A DNA stretch of 49,432 bases, taken from a bacterium. GTDB taxonomy: Bacteria > Patescibacteriota > Patescibacteriia > UBA1558 > S5-K13. The position numbers were made by a program, and so were the translations under genes. The notes beneath the pieces were generated by a model, which ran no database searches, had not been told where the DNA came from, and saw only the letters and a list, made by a program, of their open reading frames with translations. The stretch spans positions 1 to 49,432 of the forward strand of contig JAKPTO010000003.1 in assembly GCA_029555085.1 (NCBI GenBank). Direction: 5' to 3'. Below, piece after piece: positions 1 through 9,178 of the stretch (within the stretch, counting starts at the first letter, position 1; the number at the start of each line of letters is the position of its first letter).

Positions 1-143
1 TAAAGATGTTAATATTATTAATAGATACTTATCAAGATACTTAAAATACTATAATGAAGAAAGATTACATCTTGGTATTAATCTAAAAACACCTAGTCAA
101 ATGATTGCTAAGTGTTGCCAAGCTATTGGATAGAAGACGCACA
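1..143 (+). mobile_element. Right end of an insertion sequence (IS481-like)
   Basis: The transposase stop lies within a GC-richer segment ending ...GACGCACA at 143, followed by an abrupt drop to very AT-rich DNA. IS481-family ends are TGT...ACA. Confidence 0.55.
2..133 (+). CDS. C-terminal end of an IS481/IS3-type DDE transposase (integrase core), truncated by the window edge
   Basis: Frame 2 reads KDVNIINRYLSRYLKYYNEERLHLGINLKTPSQMIAKCCQAIG*, containing the YNxxRxHxxI/LxxxTP motif typical of rve integrase-core C-termini. Not in the ORF track. Confidence 0.75.
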   Translation, partial: KDVNIINRYLSRYLKYYNEERLHLGINLKTPSQMIAKCCQAIG

Positions 144-333
144 ATATTGTTATTTAATATAATATTATAGCTTTAATAAATATTAAAGCATATATATAAA
201 AATTTTTGTCAATAAGCGGATATGTAAACAAAAAATTATATTAAAATGCAATATCAGTAGCTAGTATCAATTATAAACTTAATTAGAATTATTTACAAGT
301 ATTATAAACAATACCAAAATAAACAATAAAAAT

Positions 334-660
334 CTATTGGTTATTTTGACACTCGCCTCTAAAAAATGCCCACTCTTCACAACTTAATCCATTTTCAAAA
401 ACACAATATCCTGCGACTTCTCCGTTCTCATCTGTCCTCGCTTCCAATTTTCCTCCCTGCTCTATACAATAAACAGAAGATGGATTTGCGACTTGAATTT
501 CATTGTCTTGTAAAGTTTGGTTCAATTCTTGTTTTATAAGATCAATATTTTCTTGCTGTTTTTGTGGTGTTGGATTCTTTTTTTCTAAATAAATTCCATA
601 CACAGCAAGACCAACAATGACAATAATTAAAATGGTAAATACTATAATTATTTTTTTCAT
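334..660 (-). CDS. DUF333 (putative hemolysin-like) membrane-anchored protein
   Basis: N-terminal TM helix; ANPSSVYCIEQGG...GYC...CEEWAFFRGEC matches the DUF333 signature. Confidence 0.85.
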   Translation of the reverse strand: MKKIIIVFTILIIVIVGLAVYGIYLEKKNPTPQKQQENIDLIKQELNQTLQDNEIQVANPSSVYCIEQGGKLEARTDENGEVAGYCVFENGLSCEEWAFFRGECQNNQ

Positions 661-673
661 AATTTTATTCTAA

Positions 674-1204
674 TTATTTCAAAAACTCTTTTAATTTGTT
701 TAGTGCATTTCTTCTCATACTGATTTCATTTTTCTCCTGAGTTGTCATCTGCGCAAAAGTTTTCTCTTGGATTTCTGGCATAAATATATTATCCCAACCA
801 AATCCATTTTCACCAATTGGTGAAACAATTTTTCCATTTAAAACTCCTTCAAAAAAATTTATTTCTCCATTTTTATCAATATAACCAATAATTGTTTTTG
901 CTTGAGCACGATTATTTTTTAATTTTTCTGTAATTTCAAACAAACCCTGATTTCCAATCGTTTTCAAAAACCATTTTATAAATGGACCAGGAAGTCCATT
1001 TAAACAATCCAAATATAGAGAAGTATCCTCTACTATAAAATTTTCTTGTTTATGTTTGAGAGCCTCATGTAATTTATTTTTTATAATTTCTTTTGCATCA
1101 ATTTCTTGAATTTCTGGCAAGTCAATATCAAATTGCTCGACATTTTCCAAAATTGATTGAACTTCTCTAAATTTATCTTTATTTCCTGTTATAAAATAAA
1201 TCAT
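674..1204 (-). CDS. rdgB: Non-canonical purine NTP pyrophosphatase (Ham1/RdgB/ITPase family)
   Basis: ITGNKDK, EDTSL, GLPGPFIKWF, GFGWDNIF and KNEISMR motifs. Confidence 0.93.
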   Translation of the reverse strand: MIYFITGNKDKFREVQSILENVEQFDIDLPEIQEIDAKEIIKNKLHEALKHKQENFIVEDTSLYLDCLNGLPGPFIKWFLKTIGNQGLFEITEKLKNNRAQAKTIIGYIDKNGEINFFEGVLNGKIVSPIGENGFGWDNIFMPEIQEKTFAQMTTQEKNEISMRRNALNKLKEFLK

Positions 1205-1295
1205 ATTATTTTACTTAAATTTCCAATTAGAAACCTTGCTTCTGCAAATTACCATTTTCATTTGATTATTTTATAAAATCTGTTAATATAAATTT

Positions 1296-1557
1296 AACAT
1301 AGTCCCACACTGCTCCTTATATATATGCAAATAAAATCCGTATTCTGGGGACTAATGTCCGAACAATGTTCTTCCCGAGGAAGTAATATTCTCCTCATTG
1401 ATTGTTTGGATGACTCACAATTGGGATTTGGTCTACCCTTTTGACTCTCCAGGAAGGGAGTGACACGAGTATTGACTAACCGCAAGATTTCAATAGGTCT
1501 AGTAGCGACGAGCGAAAAACCCTGTACAAAAAACTTGAAAAAACTTGCGGTTTTTTC
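1296..1557 (+). ncRNA. Candidate structured ncRNA of unknown family
   Basis: GC-enriched intergenic segment with successive stems (1298-1307/1346-1357, 1358-1367/1401-1410, 1444-1449/1456-1461, 1478-1493/1535-1552), a closing T-run, and a promoter-like TTGATT-N16-TAATAT at 1262-1289. Confidence 0.45.
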
Positions 1558-1559
1558 TT

Positions 1560-1943
1560 TTAATGTAAAATTTCTGGGATTCTTTCTCTTGGTATTTTTC
1601 TTACAACAACTGTTTTATTTCCTTGTATATATGCTTTTGTTAATCTATGTAATCCATCGAGTAACAACCATTTACCATTATTTTCCATAATATCTAATGG
1701 ATATTTTAAATCGCAAAGCATTATTCTTTCATATTCTTTTTTATGTTTCTTTGGATTGTTTATTACTACTCCTGGAGTGAGATTATAATCTCCATTTTCA
1801 CACCAAAATGGTATATCAAAATGCCATTCTAATTCTTTTATATCCATTTCTGATATTGGCTCATCAAGTTTCCAAACCTTGCCTTCATCCCAAGAAAAGT
1901 CAAATCCAACATCTTTTATAATTTGTGGTAATTCTTTTTGCAT
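1560..1943 (-). CDS. ParB/sulfiredoxin-like (ParBc fold) small protein
   Basis: YPLDI...WLLLDGLHRLTKA matches the ParB/Srx DGxHR motif. Confidence 0.65.
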   Translation of the reverse strand: MQKELPQIIKDVGFDFSWDEGKVWKLDEPISEMDIKELEWHFDIPFWCENGDYNLTPGVVINNPKKHKKEYERIMLCDLKYPLDIMENNGKWLLLDGLHRLTKAYIQGNKTVVVRKIPRERIPEILH

Positions 1944-1954
1944 AAAAATTAAAA

Positions 1955-2944
1955 TTAATGCTCAATTATTCTAAAATCAACTTTGTTGTTTTTTACAGAT
2001 ATTTTTGCAATTCCACCAATTGGAAATGTAATCATTGGATTTGTATGACCAAAATCAACATTTGCAATGATTGGAATATTATTTAGTTCTTCTTTTGTTT
2101 GTAAAATATATCTTAATTTTTCTTCCGTTATATCTACATTTTTCTGAAATCTACCTATTAAAAGAGCACGCACTGTATTAAAATTTGGCTGATGAATTAA
2201 TGATTGTAAATTTCTATCGAATTCAACACTAAAATTGTCACCAGTTGCATCATCATCCTCAATAAAAAAAATTGAATCTTTTATATCTGGCATAAACTCC
2301 GTTCCCTTAAGTAAATTAAATGTGCAAAGGTTTCCGCCCAATATTTTTCCATGTGCTTCTCCTTGGTTTATAATTAAATAACCTAAATTTTCTTTAATAT
2401 CTCTATTTTCCTGATCTATATACCAAGCATCATCTGACCATGTTTTTGATGGCTCAACACTAAACCCATCATTGCTCGTTAAACATTTTTTAAAATATTC
2501 TATATTGTATTCAGATTCTTTTTGCATTGCTAAAGTAGAAAAATGTAATCCTGAATAAGTAATAATATCTGTTTTGTGGGTTATAGCATTTGCAATGGCA
2601 GTAATATCTGAATATCCACAAAAAATTTTTGGATTACTTCTTATTAAATCATAATCAAGATATTTAAGTAATTGATTGGAATTAAATCCACCAATTATAG
2701 TAAAAATTGCTTTTACATTTTTATCTGAGAATGCTTCGTGAATATCATCTATTCTAGATTTTACAGAAGAAGAAATCATAATATCTCTTTCTTTACAATT
2801 TTTTGAAAATGTGACTATAAAACCAAGATCTTCTAATTTTTCTTTTGCTAATTGAACATTTGTTTCTGACACCAAAGACAAACTTAACGATGGGGCAATT
2901 ACTCTTATCTCATCTCCTTTTTGAAGTTTTTTTGGAATTATCAT
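1955..2944 (-). CDS. LD-carboxypeptidase / MccF-like S66 peptidase
   Basis: IAPS, GGFNS, GYSDIT (catalytic Ser), GGNL and DFGHT (catalytic His) motifs. Confidence 0.92.
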   Translation of the reverse strand: MIIPKKLQKGDEIRVIAPSLSLSLVSETNVQLAKEKLEDLGFIVTFSKNCKERDIMISSSVKSRIDDIHEAFSDKNVKAIFTIIGGFNSNQLLKYLDYDLIRSNPKIFCGYSDITAIANAITHKTDIITYSGLHFSTLAMQKESEYNIEYFKKCLTSNDGFSVEPSKTWSDDAWYIDQENRDIKENLGYLIINQGEAHGKILGGNLCTFNLLKGTEFMPDIKDSIFFIEDDDATGDNFSVEFDRNLQSLIHQPNFNTVRALLIGRFQKNVDITEEKLRYILQTKEELNNIPIIANVDFGHTNPMITFPIGGIAKISVKNNKVDFRIIEH

Positions 2945-2989
2945 AATTTTTTAATTAAAAATGAGGTCTTATGGGTCTTTAAATTTATA

Positions 2990-5767
2990 TTATTCATCTC
3001 TACCGCAACACTTTTTATATTTCTTTCCTGACCCGCAAGGACAAGGATCGTTTCTCCCAATTTTGGATCCATATTTTTTCACTTCTTTGTTTTTTAGTGT
3101 TGACACATTGTGCGACTGCTCATTTGAAGCCCCTTCTTGCGCCATAGATCTAGCTAAACTAAATTGTTTACTTTCTGTTGGATCATTTGTAACAACCGGG
3201 GTATTATTTTTTACTGAAGAAAGAATATTTATTGCTGGCATTACTTTGTAAATACTATAAACAACTTGTTTTTCAATATTATTTAAAAGCTCTACAAATA
3301 ATTGATATGTTTCTCTTTTGTATTCAACTAGTGGATCTGTTTGCGCATATCCACGGAGACCTATTCCTGTACGCAAATGATCAATATTATCTAAATGCTC
3401 AATCCACAAACTATCAATCGAGCGAAGTAAAATCCCCTTCTCAATCTCTCCTATTGGATTTTTTATATTTTCAATTCCTTCAATTTTTGAAATTCTGGTC
3501 TTTAATTCTTCGTATTTAATTTTTGCTAAATTTGAAAAATACTCTATTATGTTTGTTCGCTTTTGCGCTTCAGCTAATTTTTCATCCTTTTCATCTCTTT
3601 TCATTAATTCATTAAATTTTTCAATCTCTTCATCTGTTAATGGATAAATCGTTTTAACTGATTCGAAAATTTCATTTATATTCCAAACTGTTCCGTGATC
3701 ACTCGCTGTATGAAATGAAACAATTTCATTTATTTCAGTTTCAATCATTTCCATCACATAATCAGAGAGTGTTTCATAATTTTCAAATTTTTTCCCCTCT
3801 GACAACAATAGAATTCCTTTTCTTTTTTTATAAATTGTTTCACGCTGTTTGTTCATCACATCATCATACTCAACCAAATGCTTTCTCATATCAAAATTAT
3901 GCCCCTCAACATTCATTTGTGATTTTTCTATTGACTTTGAAACTAACTTATTTTCAATAGGTATGTCATCTGGAATTTTTAATGTATTCATAACGCTCTT
4001 TATCCTATCAGATCCAAAAATCCTCATTAGATCATCATCCATTGAAACATAAAAACATGAAAGTCCTGGATCTCCCTGACGACCACTGCGTCCTCTTAAC
4101 TGATTATCAATACGACGAGATTCATGCCTTTCTGTTCCAAGCACATATAGTCCGCCAACATCAACCACTTTTTTATACTCTGCTTCATTGTATGGACTAC
4201 CGCCTAAAATTATATCAACTCCACGACCAGCCATGTTTGTAGCAACTGTAACTGCTCCCACACGACCAGCCTGAGCAATTATTTCAGCTTCCTTCGCATG
4301 ATGCTTTGCATTTAAGATATTATGTGGAATTCCCTCCCTTTTTAAAAATTCTGATAATAGTTCATTTTTTTCAATTGAGATTGTGCCTATTAAAACTGGT
4401 TGTCCTTTTTCGTGTTTTTCTTTAACCTCGCGAACTATTGCTTGAAATTTGGCTTCTTCTGACTTGTAAATTTTATCATTTAAATCACGCCTTATCACTG
4501 GTTTATTTGTTGGAATTACATTTACCTCTAAATTATAAATTTTCATAAACTCCTCTGCTTCTGTTTGTGCAGTACCAGTCATACCAGCTAATTTTTCATA
4601 CATTCTAAAATAATTTTGAAAAGTGATAGTTGCGAGCGTTAAACTCTCTCTTTGAACATTTACTCCTTCTTTTGCTTCTATTGCCTGATGAAGCCCCTCT
4701 GAATATCTTCTTCCGGGCATAAGACGACCAGTAAATTCATCAACAATTACTACCTCTCCGTCTTTAACTATGTAATCTTTATCTCGTTTAAAAAGTAATC
4801 TTGCTTTAAGCGCTGCCTCCAAATGAAAAATTGAATTAAAGTCAGCATTTGCCCATGGATCAAATGCTAATTTATTTGCAATATAATTCTGCCCATCTTC
4901 CGTAAAAGTAACTGATCTCATTTTTTCATCAATATTATAATGAACATTTTCCTCAACATCACTCACAACACTTGCAAATTTTTTATACTTATCGGTTGAT
5001 TCAGCATCAGCAGAACTAATTATTAAAGGAGTTCTGGCCTCATCAATTAAAACACTATCAACTTCATCGATAATACAATAATAATATCCCCTCTGACATA
5101 ATTCAGAAGTTGATTGTTTCATATTGTCACGCAAATAATCAAAGCCGAATTCATTATTGGTTCCATAAACTATATCTGCTTTGTATGCTTCTTGTCTTGA
5201 AACAGGGCGAAGATAATCCTCAACAATTGTAATATTGTTTGGTTTTCCGTCTTCTGTTTGAATATGTGACGCATCGTAAACATAAGATGCTTCGTGTTCA
5301 ATTGCAGCAACGGTTAATCCCAAATAATCATAAATTTGCCCCATCCACACACAGTCTCTTTTTCCTAAATAATCATTTACTGTAACCAAATGAACTGGTT
5401 TTCCAGTTAGCGCATTTAAATAAAGCGGAAGCGTTGAAGAAAGAGTTTTACCTTCACCAGTTTTCATTTCAGAAATTCTTCCTTTGTGAAGTGTTATTCC
5501 AGAAATCAATTGAACATCATAGTGACGCTGATTTAATGTTCTTTTTGCAGCTTCTCTAACCATAGCAAAACACTCAGGCAAAATTTCATCAAGCGTTGTT
5601 TTGTTATTTTTTAAATCTTCTTGAAATTTTTTAGTTTTTGCGCGAAGTTCTTCTTTTGTTAATTTTTCTAAATCTTTTTCAAGCGAATTAATGGTTTCTA
5701 TAATTGGCGAAAGAGAATCAATATATTTTTGATTTGGATCTCCAAATATTTTTGAAAGTAGCGACAT
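2990..5767 (-). CDS. secA: Preprotein translocase subunit SecA
   Basis: MKTGEGKT, DEVDS, ATNMAGRG, GRSGRQGDPG and C-terminal SEC-C motif GRNDPCPCGSGKKYKKCC. Confidence 0.99.
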   Translation of the reverse strand: MSLLSKIFGDPNQKYIDSLSPIIETINSLEKDLEKLTKEELRAKTKKFQEDLKNNKTTLDEILPECFAMVREAAKRTLNQRHYDVQLISGITLHKGRISEMKTGEGKTLSSTLPLYLNALTGKPVHLVTVNDYLGKRDCVWMGQIYDYLGLTVAAIEHEASYVYDASHIQTEDGKPNNITIVEDYLRPVSRQEAYKADIVYGTNNEFGFDYLRDNMKQSTSELCQRGYYYCIIDEVDSVLIDEARTPLIISSADAESTDKYKKFASVVSDVEENVHYNIDEKMRSVTFTEDGQNYIANKLAFDPWANADFNSIFHLEAALKARLLFKRDKDYIVKDGEVVIVDEFTGRLMPGRRYSEGLHQAIEAKEGVNVQRESLTLATITFQNYFRMYEKLAGMTGTAQTEAEEFMKIYNLEVNVIPTNKPVIRRDLNDKIYKSEEAKFQAIVREVKEKHEKGQPVLIGTISIEKNELLSEFLKREGIPHNILNAKHHAKEAEIIAQAGRVGAVTVATNMAGRGVDIILGGSPYNEAEYKKVVDVGGLYVLGTERHESRRIDNQLRGRSGRQGDPGLSCFYVSMDDDLMRIFGSDRIKSVMNTLKIPDDIPIENKLVSKSIEKSQMNVEGHNFDMRKHLVEYDDVMNKQRETIYKKRKGILLLSEGKKFENYETLSDYVMEMIETEINEIVSFHTASDHGTVWNINEIFESVKTIYPLTDEEIEKFNELMKRDEKDEKLAEAQKRTNIIEYFSNLAKIKYEELKTRISKIEGIENIKNPIGEIEKGILLRSIDSLWIEHLDNIDHLRTGIGLRGYAQTDPLVEYKRETYQLFVELLNNIEKQVVYSIYKVMPAINILSSVKNNTPVVTNDPTESKQFSLARSMAQEGASNEQSHNVSTLKNKEVKKYGSKIGRNDPCPCGSGKKYKKCCGRDE

Positions 5768-5829
5768 ATTTTTAAATTCGTAAATAAAAAATTAATTGAA
5801 AATAGTAAATTTCAAATTGAAAACTAATT

Positions 5830-6132
5830 TTATCTTTTTATTTTATCTTTTATTTTTGTTATTTGTGTTTCTAATTTATCTCTCACGATTTCAACAGATG
5901 ACATTATATCCCCTGCCCTTGCCTCTGCTCTTATCATTTTATTACCCAGAATTGTCATATTCGCTTCAAATCTAAAAACATCGCCCTTTTGATGACGAGA
6001 GTCTTTTGAAATATCAACTCTCACAGAAGAAAAATTAAGCCCATATTTATCAAGGGCTCCTATTTTTTCTTGTACATAATCCTTAATTCTTTCTGTTAAA
6101 TCCACATTTTTTGCGTAAAATTGGATATTCAT
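5830..6132 (-). CDS. raiA: Ribosome hibernation factor (HPF/RaiA, short form)
   Basis: MNIQFYAKNVDLTERIKDYVQEKI N-terminus, 100 aa, canonical position upstream of secA. Confidence 0.88.
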   Translation of the reverse strand: MNIQFYAKNVDLTERIKDYVQEKIGALDKYGLNFSSVRVDISKDSRHQKGDVFRFEANMTILGNKMIRAEARAGDIMSSVEIVRDKLETQITKIKDKIKR

Positions 6133-6214
6133 TTTTTTATTTTTAAATATTTAAATCTACTTTTATATTATCAATAAAAAACTCATTTGACAACTATACA
6201 AAATACATTTTTTA

Positions 6215-6242
6215 TTGACATTTTAATAAATTAAACTATAAT
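6215..6242 (+). promoter_or_regulatory. Sigma70-type promoter
   Basis: TTGACA (6215-6220), 16-nt spacer, TATAAT (6237-6242). Confidence 0.7.
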
Positions 6243-6292
6243 AAAAGTAATAGTAAAAATCATAATCAAAATCAAAATAAAAGGAGGATCTT

Positions 6293-6547
6293 ATGTAGAA
6301 GATCAAAAAACAAAGAGCACTGCCTCTAAACAAACAAAAGATAAGTGAAATTAGAAAAATAAGAGGTAAAAATATGGAACGATTATTTTTTTATAATTAG
6401 CAGAGAGCACAAATGGTGCAAAAAGAACATTTTCAAAGGATTAAAAAAATACAATTCAAAGCTCAGGAAGAGGTCTTTTGGACTAAAATTTATTTGCTTC
6501 TTCAAAAAAGAAACATCTATTCAAAAGTCCATAGACTTAAATACTAA
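6293..6547 (+). pseudogene. Interrupted orphan reading frame (two in-frame TAG) or short-ORF transcript
   Basis: SD AGGAGG at 6282, ATG 6293 followed immediately by TAG; the frame stays open to a second TAG (6398-6400) and then to TAA 6547. In-frame ATGs at 6374 and 6413 (44-aa ORF). Confidence 0.35.
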
Positions 6548-6604
6548 TTAATAAATATAAACCAAACAAAAGAGTGGTCTAAAAACCACTCAATCCTCCT
6601 AGGT

Positions 6605-6633
6605 AGCGTCGAGTCTTAACTCGACGCTTTTTT
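6605..6633 (+). terminator. Intrinsic terminator
   Basis: AGCGTCGAGT-ctta-ACTCGACGCT perfect 10-bp stem followed by a T-tract. Confidence 0.85.
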
Positions 6634-6723
6634 ATTTTAATAAACAATTTTATAGCTACAAAATCCTACAAGAAATCAAAATCTGTTATAAAAACTCCTT
6701 GTAAAAATAAAATGGGACAAATT

Positions 6724-7674
6724 TTAAACTTCAAACTCGCCAATAAATTGAACTTCTGGTTCTAAATTTATTTTATATTTTTCAAAAATTATTTCTTGAA
6801 TTTTTTTTGAAAGATTATAAATATCAATAGCCATAGACCTGTCATAATTTATTAAAAAATTCGCGTGTTTTTCTGAAACACTCGCTCCACCAACTTTCAA
6901 TCCCTTTAAGCCCGCTTTTTCTATTAAAAATCCAGCTGGAATAACTCCACTCTTTTCAAATATTGAAATATCTAAATTCCTTAGATTGTTTCTTATTTCA
7001 TTAGTTAATTTAATATTTTTAAAAAAGCTTCCAGCATTTGGATATTCAAGCGGTTGTTTGCTGTTTCTATCTTCAATTGATTTTTTAATTATTTGTTTTG
7101 AATTTTCTACATCACCTCTTTCCAAAAAAATTCTTGTGCTAAATATTATGTATTTATTTTGTTTAAAAACACTATTTCTGTAATCAAATTTACAATCTTG
7201 TTTTTCCATTTCTACAATTTCTCCACCTCTTGTTACGCACAAAACCGAATTTACAATATCGCAAATACTTTTATTATAAGCTCCTGCATTTCCATAAATT
7301 GCCCCACCCATGGTACCTGGAATTCCAGCTAAAAATTCCGCTCCTACATAACCTTTATCAAGTGTAAATTGTAAAAAATTATTGAGCATCACACCTGCGG
7401 AAACTGTAAAAATATTATTTTCTAATTCTATACCCTGAGATTTTATTTTAATAACTAATCCAGGAAATCCATTATCACTTATTAAAATATTACTACCTCC
7501 GCCTAAAATCAAAAAATCAATACTATTTTTATTACAATATTTTATACAAACTTGTAATTCGTTAATATTTAATATTTCTAAAAAATATTTTGCGCTGCCC
7601 CCAACTTTAAAAGTTGTAAGCTCTTTTAAACTTTTATTTAACTCAATGTTTTTAAATTGTTCTTGAATATTCAT
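6724..7674 (-). CDS. murB: UDP-N-acetylenolpyruvoylglucosamine reductase
   Basis: TTFKVGG, GGGSN, GIPGTMGGAIYGNAGAY, NAGSFFKN, HANF and LEPEV motifs. Confidence 0.97.
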   Translation of the reverse strand: MNIQEQFKNIELNKSLKELTTFKVGGSAKYFLEILNINELQVCIKYCNKNSIDFLILGGGSNILISDNGFPGLVIKIKSQGIELENNIFTVSAGVMLNNFLQFTLDKGYVGAEFLAGIPGTMGGAIYGNAGAYNKSICDIVNSVLCVTRGGEIVEMEKQDCKFDYRNSVFKQNKYIIFSTRIFLERGDVENSKQIIKKSIEDRNSKQPLEYPNAGSFFKNIKLTNEIRNNLRNLDISIFEKSGVIPAGFLIEKAGLKGLKVGGASVSEKHANFLINYDRSMAIDIYNLSKKIQEIIFEKYKINLEPEVQFIGEFEV

Positions 7675-7698
7675 AATAATTTTTTAAATTTTACATTC

Positions 7699-7778
7699 AT
7701 GTCATCCTGAACCTAATTCAGAATCCTGATGTTTTTCATTTTCTCAATGGAATTTTGAAATAAATTCAAAAATGACAT
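7699..7778. repeat. Degenerate REP/RPE-like palindromic element
   Basis: ATGTCAT-cctgaa..ttcag-aatcc ... ggaatt-ttgaa..ttcaaa-ATGACAT: terminal inverted repeats with two internal sub-hairpins. Confidence 0.6.
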
Positions 7779-7798
7779 CGCGACTCTATATAAAAATT

Positions 7799-9178
7799 TT
7801 ATTTACATTCTAATACTCTAACAAAATTATCAATATCTCCCGCTCCTGTAATTATTATTACATTATCCCTAAATCTTGATAATGTTTTTTTAAGCTCTTT
7901 AAAATCTTTAGTGTAATAAATTTTTTGATTTGATTTTAAATAATTTTTTTTAATTTCTTTATATAAATCATAAGAATTTTTCTTATGAACGCTTCTTCTC
8001 CCTGATACTTGATAAACTGGATATAAAATTATATTATCAGCTAATTCAAAACAAGTTAAAAATTCATCGAATAATTGTTCTGTTCTGTCTTCCTGATGTG
8101 GTTGAAAAACTATTGTTATTTTTTTGTTTGAGTAAAATCCTCTTGCGCCAGACAAAAGTGATTTTATTGCTGTTGGATGATGAGCATAATCAGAAAAAAT
8201 TAAATTTTTATGCCACTCTCCAATAAATTCAAATCTGCGCCACAATCCTCTGAATTTTCTTATTGATTCTGAAATTATGCTAGGTTTTATACCTAATTTT
8301 ATAGCTATAGCGCAAGCAATTAAAATATTATAAATATTATAACAACCCGGCAAGGGTGTCTCTATTTTACATAATTTTTTATTTTTCAAGCATAGATCAA
8401 ATGTTTGTTTTTTGTTAGCATGTGAAACATTTTCAACATACAAATCACTATTATTTGTTAAACCAACAGAAAAAGAGTCTCTTCCTAATTTTAAATCTTT
8501 TATATTTATATCATCGCCATTATAAACAAGGTTTGTTTTTGATTTTAATTTATCAATAAACTCTTGAAATGAATCTTTTATATTTTTTAAATTTTTATAA
8601 ATATCTAAATGATCTCTATCTAGGGATGTAAGTCCTATAAACTTAGGATGAAGTTTTAACATTTTTCTATTATATTCATCAGCTTCAATAACTAGATACT
8701 TACTCTTCCCCAAAACAAAATTTGAATTTAATTTAAAAATTTTTGTTCCAACAAAAACCGTTGGATCCATATTTGCTTTTATCATTATCATAGAAAGAAT
8801 AGATGTCGTAGTTGATTTTCCGTGAGTTCCTGATATTGCAATTGTTGTATAATCTTTTGACAATTCTCCTAAAAAATCAAAATGCGATAAGCATTCTATT
8901 TTTAATTTTCTTGCGAGTTTTAATTCTGGATTATCACTTGGAATTGCTGGGGAATATACAACTAAATCACAAAGTTTGTCTAAATTTTTTTCATTATGTT
9001 CATAGAAAATTTTTATTCCTAAATTTTCTAAATCTTTTGTAAATTGATTTTTTACCAAATCCGAACCTCTTAAATTTTTTTTCAATTCAAACATCATTTT
9101 TGCAATTGCGGAAATCCCAACTCCACCCACACCAATCAAATGAACATTTTTTATTTTTTTAAGATCCATAAATTTCAA
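7799..9178 (-). CDS. murC: UDP-N-acetylmuramate--L-alanine ligase
   Basis: IGVGGVGIS, GTHGKSTTT, EADE and DYAHHPT motifs. True start may be the second Met (9169). Confidence 0.97.
   Translation of the reverse strand: MKFMDLKKIKNVHLIGVGGVGISAIAKMMFELKKNLRGSDLVKNQFTKDLENLGIKIFYEHNEKNLDKLCDLVVYSPAIPSDNPELKLARKLKIECLSHFDFLGELSKDYTTIAISGTHGKSTTTSILSMIMIKANMDPTVFVGTKIFKLNSNFVLGKSKYLVIEADEYNRKMLKLHPKFIGLTSLDRDHLDIYKNLKNIKDSFQEFIDKLKSKTNLVYNGDDINIKDLKLGRDSFSVGLTNNSDLYVENVSHANKKQTFDLCLKNKKLCKIETPLPGCYNIYNILIACAIAIKLGIKPSIISESIRKFRGLWRRFEFIGEWHKNLIFSDYAHHPTAIKSLLSGARGFYSNKKITIVFQPHQEDRTEQLFDEFLTCFELADNIILYPVYQVSGRRSVHKKNSYDLYKEIKKNYLKSNQKIYYTKDFKELKKTLSRFRDNVIIITGAGDIDNFVRVLECK

Noticed and set aside
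1298-1310. ATAGTCC resembling the group I intron S element
   Set aside because: It lies at the 5' start of the structured segment with no upstream P/Q/R elements, and it is explained by a local stem.
1294-1690. ORFs 1294-1485 (-) and 1460-1690 (+)
   Set aside because: No recognisable features; they overlap the structured segment or the 127-aa gene.
6293-6547. Genome-wide TAG or TGA recoding
   Set aside because: TAG ends lepA, mreB and the DUF333 gene, and TGA ends mrdA, mreC and mreD, so code 11 applies.
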